A stretch of DNA of 54,173 nucleotides, filler included, from Jimgerdemannia flammicorona (Eukaryota): the NCBI GenBank assembly GCA_003990765.1. It is 3 parts of 3 records of this genome, joined end to end, with 100 filler letters (N's around TTAATTAATTAA, not from the genome) between each part and the next. Parts side by side here need not be neighbours in the genome. Positions count along the whole stretch, not along the records: positions 36,187 to 54,173 come from RBNJ01002340.1; 2 more parts are not named here. One strand, given 5' to 3'. The notes under the pieces are model-generated. The model was not told the origin of the DNA and did not search any database. It was given only the letters and a program-made list of their open reading frames with translations. A program made the position numbers and the translations under genes. Of the stretch, positions 47,431 to 54,173 are shown one piece after another. Position 1 is the first letter of the stretch. Every line of letters starts with the position of its first letter.

Positions 47431-49473
47431 TGTAAGCACACAACCTCCAAGCCACCGAAATTACATGTCACCCTCTGAACAAATCTGGAAATCACCTGCT
47501 TAATCATGAAGCTGAGTCAAACTGAAGTCACAGCACACAAAGTTGAGTCAAAATGAAGTCACAGAACACAAGAATTATACAAATGGAATCTTACCAATCA
47601 GGACCAAATGCATATATACCGAGCACCGAGATGCGTCAAATCAGAGAACCAAAACAAACAATAACTACAACTTCCAAATATACAAACATGACCACTGAGA
47701 TCTACAACCATATCCGCACTGACATTTAGAATGCCATTGTCAACCAAGCTACACCCCCTCTGCCCCTCATGAATATCCATAGCCTAGCACCCCTCTACTT
47801 CGTAGAAGCCCAATGGAACACTCTGAACATGCTTAGCAAGGCCCACCGAATCAAACAAATCTCAAGCTACTACTAGATCGGCCACCTCCTGGAAGACATG
47901 GTTGAATATCACCATGATACAGACATTACCCAGATGTCTCAACACCAGAAGCTCATCGCCCACAAACATCGAAAACTCTTCTATGAGTATAGCACTATTA
48001 TTTCCTGCCTCCGAGTTACTACCAGTGAAATGGTTGCTACCCTATCCTATGGTCAAATCAACGACATGATACAAGAACTCAACTACAAGTACCTCGAGTA
48101 CATCGAAACTACAGACAGAACCTTCCCATACCCCAATGATCATATCCTGCAAATGCCCTAAGTTAGATATGCCATGAAGGATATCTATGATATAATCTAC
48201 TTCGATGAAGATAAAGCAGAAGACAATGATCCCTCTGATGCTGACATGACCTCTAGCCAAGGATCTCTGCCAACCCTGATCACTCCACCAATCTTGCCAA
48301 TGAACTTACAACAGTTCATAACAGCATACGAGACTTATTGGGACAATGACCACTGGTACAAATACTAACCTGCATTCACCCCTGACTACTTCAACTATAA
48401 TGAAGAGACTGGAGAACACAACCTGTACCTCCAGACAACCCTCGAGATTGAACCAACCACTCCACCACCTGAGTACGAGCGACATGAACCATAGCTGCCA
48501 GCTTACTACAATCCTGCAACTCATAGTGCTGTAACCTATAGAAGGTACGCAGACAGTGAATCCGATGAAAGTGAAAACAATACACCCCTCCTTCGCCCAC
48601 CAATACCTTATCCAGTGTACAAGACAGATGATGCTATCCTGTGGGATGGAGATGAAGTTCCAATGTATTATTACCTCAGTGAACAAGGAGAAGTAATCCG
48701 CGAACCATTATTCCTAGACGACTACTTCATCAGAGATGATGCAATCAATGGTGATGTCATCAAAGACTACCCAGATAGCGCCTAAACCCATAAATAGCCT
48801 AGCAGTCATAATATAGTTAGATTAGCCTTGTACGACGTGACTGTGAACTAACTCAGCAGTCAGACGATCTCTTGACATATCAGATCACACTTGTACTACA
48901 TGACTGCATTCTGACTTAGTAAGGCACTTAGTGCTACATCCATATTTAGCATAGTCCAGATAGCCCCTCACTAGTATAAATACCCCCTCCCCCAGACCTC
49001 AGAATCTCAGACTTGAACAGACTCGAACACACAAGAACATTCCTGAATACTTCCCCATAATACCCCTTTATATAAATACTCCTAGTATAACAATATTATG
49101 AATAGCGAATAAACCTATTTGATAACCCACAAACTACTCTTAAGTAAATCTGCTCCCTGTTAGGTCCTAATACTAACCCCATTACGAAATTTCCTAATTG
49201 GGTATTGTCTGCAGCAATACACCAATTCAACTAAGCTGGTCTTAGTTTCTTGAACTTCCTGAAATATGGAAAATCCTAAAAATCCAGAACTAGTCCGAAA
49301 AAAAGGACTTTGGTTGAGATGTCAACCTAATCTTGCAATCAATAAGTATAGAGGACGTACTCCATACAAAATTGATCTTGACCATAAGAAAATGGTCTTC
49401 CAGAACATCCAGAATATCCAGAAAACCTTTCTAGAACTACGTAATGGTTACCTTAAAAAGTAACCCTCTTACA
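47431..49473 (+). repeat. B2 3' LTR (2043 bp)
   Basis: TGTAAG...CTTACA, TATAAATA at ~48975, AATAAA at ~49108. Confidence 0.95.
47583..48785 (+). pseudogene. U3 accessory ORF in the B2 3' LTR (several stops)
   Basis: Same 1203-nt ATG-to-TAA span as 38693-39895. Confidence 0.85.
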
Positions 49474-52400
49474 CATAGGACAGGGTAGCAATCATTTTGA
49501 CTGTGGTAACTCAGAGATAGAGAATAATAGTGCTATACTTGTAGAAGAGTTCTCAATGTTTGCAAGCAATGAGCTTCTGGTATTGAGATATCTGGGTAAT
49601 GTCTGTATTGTGGTAGTATTCAACCATGTCTTCCAGGAGACAGCCAATCTGATAGTAGCTTGAGATTTGTCCAATCTGGTGGGCCTCATTAAGTATGTTC
49701 AGGGCATTCCATCGGGCTTCCATGAAGTAAAGGAGTACTAGGCTATGGATATTCATGAGGAGTAGAGGGGGTGTGACTCGGTTGACAATGGTATTCCAAA
49801 TGTCAGCACAGATGTGGTTGTAGATCTCAGTGGTCATGTTTGGATATATTCAGAAGTTATAGTTGTTGTTTGTTTTGGTTCTCTGTTCGACATGTCTCGG
49901 TACTCAGTATATATACATTTGGTCCTGATTGGTAAGATTCTGTTTATGTGAATCTTGTATTCTGTGACTTTGTTTTGACTCAGCTTCATGATCAAGCAGG
50001 TGATTTCTAGATTTGTTCAGAGGTCACATGTGATTTCAGTGGCTTTGTTCAGAGGGTGATGTGTGATTTCAGTGGCTTAGAGGTTATGTGCTTACAACTC
50101 TCCCCTTCTTAGCTTTTGATATCCTCGTCGGGGCTTTCTAATTTTGTTCTTAGTGTTGTTACACTGTTTGAGAGGTCAAAAGTCTAGTAAAGTCCATTTT
50201 TCTCAGAAAGTGGCATGCTCATAGTACAGTTGTCTAATGCATTGGATTCACACATTAAAGAGTTGTGTGTTCAATGCCATGCACCGGAAGTAATTCTGAT
50301 GTTATTCACTGCTGGAGAATTTCCTCTAAGGAATTTTCTTAAATATCTATACCTTGTTTCCCACCAGTGGTATGAGGAGAATAGGCTGGCTTTCAGTTTT
50401 GCTATTTTTCCAGAGGGTTGGTATTCTTGTCTTATTTTGCTGAGTTCTTGATTTTTGATAATTATAGTATTCAGGAGAATAATATATAATATGTATGGAT
50501 GGTATCAGAGTATTCAGATTTCAGTTGTTTAAGGAATCATATTCCTGAACTATATCAGTAGCATTCTAGAGATTGGTCTTGGGTTCCCAGGTTGCATCAT
50601 AGATTAGGTAACCTTTCCATTTGACAAGGTACTCTGGGTGGTTTTTGTGGCCACATTTGTTGAAGATTTATTCAACTTTGTATTCTTCTTGGTTATTAAT
50701 AATGATAGGTGCAGGTGGTTTGGTGGTCCAGTTTGGAAATAGCTCATTATCATTCTCATTATATTGCTTGAGATATTGGACATTAAAGACTAGGTAAATC
50801 TTAATGGTATCTGGTAGTACCAGTTTGTAGGAGGTAGGAGAGACTTGTATGATGACTTCAAATGGTCCAATGAACTTGCTGTTTAGCTTTATAGATGGTC
50901 TGTGTTTGAGGTTGTCAACTCGGTATCCTCAGATGTCTAGTAGAACTTTTTCTCCAATGTCAAAGGTTTCTTCTCGGTGGTGTTGGTTAACATACTGTAA
51001 CTGTTTTTCTTGAGCTTGCAATAAGTTCTCAATTGCGATCTGGCTTAGATTGCACATTCAGAGTAGAAATTCTTCAACAGCTTTGACTGTAGAGAGTTCA
51101 TCAGTAGTTCAGATAAGTGTCAGAGGAGTGTTTGGGTTTTGTTCAGTATTGGCAAAGAATGGGGTCATTCCAAGAGAGGCTTGTTTGCTGTTGTTATAGG
51201 CAAACTCAACTGCAGTGAGGTGTTCATGCCAATCATCTTGTCTGTAGGAAATATAGTTCTGTAGCATTTATTCCAGAGTTTGGTTCATTCTTTCAGTTTG
51301 GCCATCAGTTTCAGGGTGAAAGGCTGTGGATAGTGCAAGTTTTGTTCCAAGGTGCACATGGAGGGCTTTCCAAAAATGGCTGGTAAATTTCAGGTCTCAG
51401 TCACTAACAATGATCTTAGGAAGACCATGATAGCAGAAGATGTTGTCGAACAATAGTGTGGCTATGTCTGGTGCTGTTGTATTTATAGTAGTTGGTACAA
51501 AGTGGGCTTGTTTGCTGAGATAGTCTACAAAGACAACAATTGTATCTTTTCTGTTCTTGGTTTGGGGTAGTTGTATAATGAAGTCTATAGAGATTTGTTC
51601 CCAATTAGCAGATAGTACTAGAATAGGGTGGAGTAGGCCAGGTTTTACTAGTGTTGAGGACTTATTCTATTGGCAGGCATCACAGGAAGTGATGTAGGTC
51701 TTGAGCTGATCTGCTATGTGGGACCAATAGAAGTTTCAGGAGATAACTTCATAACATTTATCAAATCCTAAATATCCAACTATAGGGGCATCATAACATT
51801 CGAATAGGATAGTCCTTCAGAGGTCTCGGTTGTTTGGGACATACAGTCTGTCCTTGTAGTAAATAGCATTGTCCTTTAGTTGGTATTGATGATACTGTGT
51901 ATGCTTGTTGGCATCATCACTGTTCAGGATTTCTCGGAGTACTTGAGCTTCTTTATCATCAGCACATGCTGTGATAATTTGTTCCATGATAGAGTTGGTA
52001 ACCAGAGTGAGAGTTCGGATAACTTCTTCGATTGGTGGTCTTGAGATTACATCAGCAATAATATTCTCCTTGCCAGGGTGGTACTGGATTTTATAGTCAA
52101 AGTTGGTGAGGACTTTCATCCATCTGGCTTACTTTCGAGAAAGGGTAGCCTATGTCTTGATGTTGACTAATGACTTGTAGTTAGTCAATACAGTGAAGTG
52201 TGCTTCTTCTAGGTATGGTCGCCATTTGATCAGGGTGTCTATGATGGCTAGCATTTTCTTCTTGTAGGTTGCATAGTTGATTTCTATATCATTGAACTTG
52301 TGGGAATGATAGGCCACAGGGTATTCTTCTTACATGAGTACTGCTCCAAGGGCTAGGTCAGAGGCATCAGTAGTAACTTTATATGGCAGTGCAGGGTTTG

Positions 52401-52539
52401 CTACTTGAAGTACTGGAGTGGTTATCAGGGCATCCTTTAGTGCTTGAAAGGTGGTATCTTGCTCAGGTCCCCAATTTATAAGATTGTTGAAGTCTTTTTC
52501 TTGTTTCGTGGTCCAGGGCTATTCTTCTTTCTTGCTATG
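49474..52539 (-). mobile_element. Family B copy B3 fragment (RH-IN-CHD, 3' UTR, PPT, first 623 bp of the 3' LTR), cut by B2 and B4
   Basis: Reverse homolog of ~45280-48050. LTR starts at 50096, PPT 50110-50098, ~33-bp duplication at ~50012-50076. Confidence 0.93.
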
Positions 52540-54173
52540 TGTAAGAGGGTTGCTTTTTTAGGGTAACCGTTATGTAGTTCTGGAAAGGTTTTCTGGATAT
52601 TCTGGATGTTCTGGAAGACCATTTTCTTAAGGTCAAGATCAATTTCGTATGGAGTACATCCTCTATGCTTATTGATTTCAAGATCAGGTTGACTTCTCAA
52701 CCAAAGTCCTTTTCCGGACTAGTTCTGGATGTTCAGGATTTTCCATATTTTAGGAAGTTCAAGAAACTAAGACTAGCTTAGTTGAATTGGCATATCGCTG
52801 CAGACAATACCCAATTAGGAAATTTCGTGACGGGGTTAGGAGTGGGACCTAACAGGGAGCAGATTTACTTAAGAGTGGTTTGTAGGTTATGGAATAGGTT
52901 TATTTGCTATTCATGATATTGCTATACTAGGAGTATTGTGTGAAGGAGTATTGTGGGGAAGTATTCAGGAGTTGTGTTCGGATTGTTCAAGTCTGAGATT
53001 CTGAGGTCTGGGGGAGGGGGTATTTATACTAGTGATGGGCTATCTGGACTATGCTAGATATGGATGTAGCACTAAGTGCTTTGCTGAGTCGGAATGCAGT
53101 CATATAGTACAAGTGTGATCTGACATGTCAAGAGATCGTCTGACTACTGAGTCAGTTCACAGTCACATTGTACAAGGCTAATCTAACTATATTATGACTG
53201 CTAGGCTATTTATGGGTTTAGACACTATCTGAGTAATCTTCGATGATATCACCATCGATTGCATCATCTCTGATGAAGTAGTTATCTAGGAAGAGTGGTT
53301 CGCGGATTACTTCTCCTTGTTGGCTGAGGTAGTAATACATTGGGACTTCATCTCCATCCCACAGGATAGCATCATCTGTCTCATAGGCTGGATAGGGTGT
53401 TGGTGGGCGAAGGATGGGTGTATTGTCTTCGCTTTCATCCAATTCACTATCTGCATACCTTCTATAGGTTACAGCACTATGAGTTGCAGGATTGTAGTAA
53501 GCTGATGGCTGTGGTTCATGTTGCTCGTACTCAGGTGGTGGAGTGGTTGGTTCAATCTCGAGGGTTGTCTGGAGATACAGGTTGTGTTCTCCGGTCTCTT
53601 CATTGTAGTTAAAGTAGTCGGGGGTGAACATGGGTTGGTATTCATGCCAGTGGTCATTGTCCCAATAAGTCTCATATGCAGTTATGAACTGTTGCAAGTT
53701 CATCAGCAAGTTTGGCGGTATGATCAGGGTTGGCAGAGATCCTTGGCTAGAGGTCATGTCAGCATCAGAGGGATCATTGTCTTCTGCTTCATCTTCATCA
53801 AAGTAGATTATATCGTAGACATCCTTCATGGCGTATCCAACTTGAGGCATTTGCAGGATATGGTCATCAGAGTGCGGGAAGGTTCTGTCTGTGGTCTGGA
53901 TGTATTCGAGGTACTTGTGGTTGAGTTCTTGTATTATGTCATCAATTTGGCCGTAGGACAGGGTAGCAACCATTTTGCTGGTAGTGATTCGGAGGCGGAG
54001 AATAAAGGTGTTGTACTCATAGAAGAGTTCTCGATGTTTGCAGGCGATGAGCTTCTGGTGTTGAGACATCTGGGTAATGTCTGTATCATGGTGGTGTTCG
54101 ACCATGTCTTCCAGGAGGCAGCCAATCTGGTAGTAGCTTGAGATTTGTCTGATTCGGTGGGCCTCACTAAGTA
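52540..54173 (-). mobile_element. Family B copy B4: 3' or solo LTR (partial), inserted in B3 pol
   Basis: LTR end CTTACA at 52540 is followed by B3 RT/RH sequence, not a PBS. Confidence 0.92.
53218..54173 (-). CDS. U3 accessory ORF in the B4 LTR, open to the native stop (5' end off window)
   Basis: 295-aa ORF equals residues 106-400 of the B1 ORF. Confidence 0.82.
   Translation of the reverse strand, partial: LSEAHRIRQISSYYQIGCLLEDMVEHHHDTDITQMSQHQKLIACKHRELFYEYNTFILRLRITTSKMVATLSYGQIDDIIQELNHKYLEYIQTTDRTFPHSDDHILQMPQVGYAMKDVYDIIYFDEDEAEDNDPSDADMTSSQGSLPTLIIPPNLLMNLQQFITAYETYWDNDHWHEYQPMFTPDYFNYNEETGEHNLYLQTTLEIEPTTPPPEYEQHEPQPSAYYNPATHSAVTYRRYADSELDESEDNTPILRPPTPYPAYETDDAILWDGDEVPMYYYLSQQGEVIREPLFLDNYFIRDDAIDGDIIEDYSDSV

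Larger units (their letters stand above)
40047..49473 (+). mobile_element. Chromovirus-type Ty3/gypsy family B copy B2, near full length
   Basis: Truncated 5' LTR 40047-41204, PBS, gag-CCHC-dUTPase-PR-RT-RH-IN-CHD, PPT, 3' LTR. The two LTRs share private variants such as GACTTGAACAGACTCGAACACACAAGAAC. Confidence 0.96.

Noticed and set aside
53518..54141. 207-aa antisense ORF opposite the U3 ORF (also antisense ORFs over gag, e.g. 3988-4602)
   Set aside because: Broken at different points in other copies; composition mirrors the sense frame.

Overview
Eukaryotic, almost certainly fungal, DNA; an early-diverging Mucoromycota/Endogonales-like host is my inference from gene style and repeat load. 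The window is three contigs (1-17995, 18096-36086, 36187-54173; 17995/17991/17987 bp, size-sorted) joined by artificial N44-TTAATTAATTAA-N44 linkers, so nothing should be linked across the gaps. Contig 1 holds two copies of a Ty3/gypsy family ('A': gag-PR-dUTPase-RT-RH-IN, tRNA-Pro-type PBS), two L1/Tx1-like LINE remnants and two hAT-like fold-back MITEs. Contig 2 holds a tandem array of non-autonomous derivatives of chromovirus family 'B' and a CpG-rich island with divergent TRF4/Cid14 (complete, 4 exons) and DIP2/Cps1 (5' part). Contig 3 holds four nested family-B copies (gag-CCHC-dUTPase-PR-RT-RH-IN-chromodomain). The most notable feature is a 400-codon sense ORF of unknown function in U3 of the ~2.05-kb family-B LTR. 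In the non-autonomous derivatives that ORF is replaced by different cargo, and RT-RH-IN is deleted. All repeats show heavy C>T/G>A erosion.
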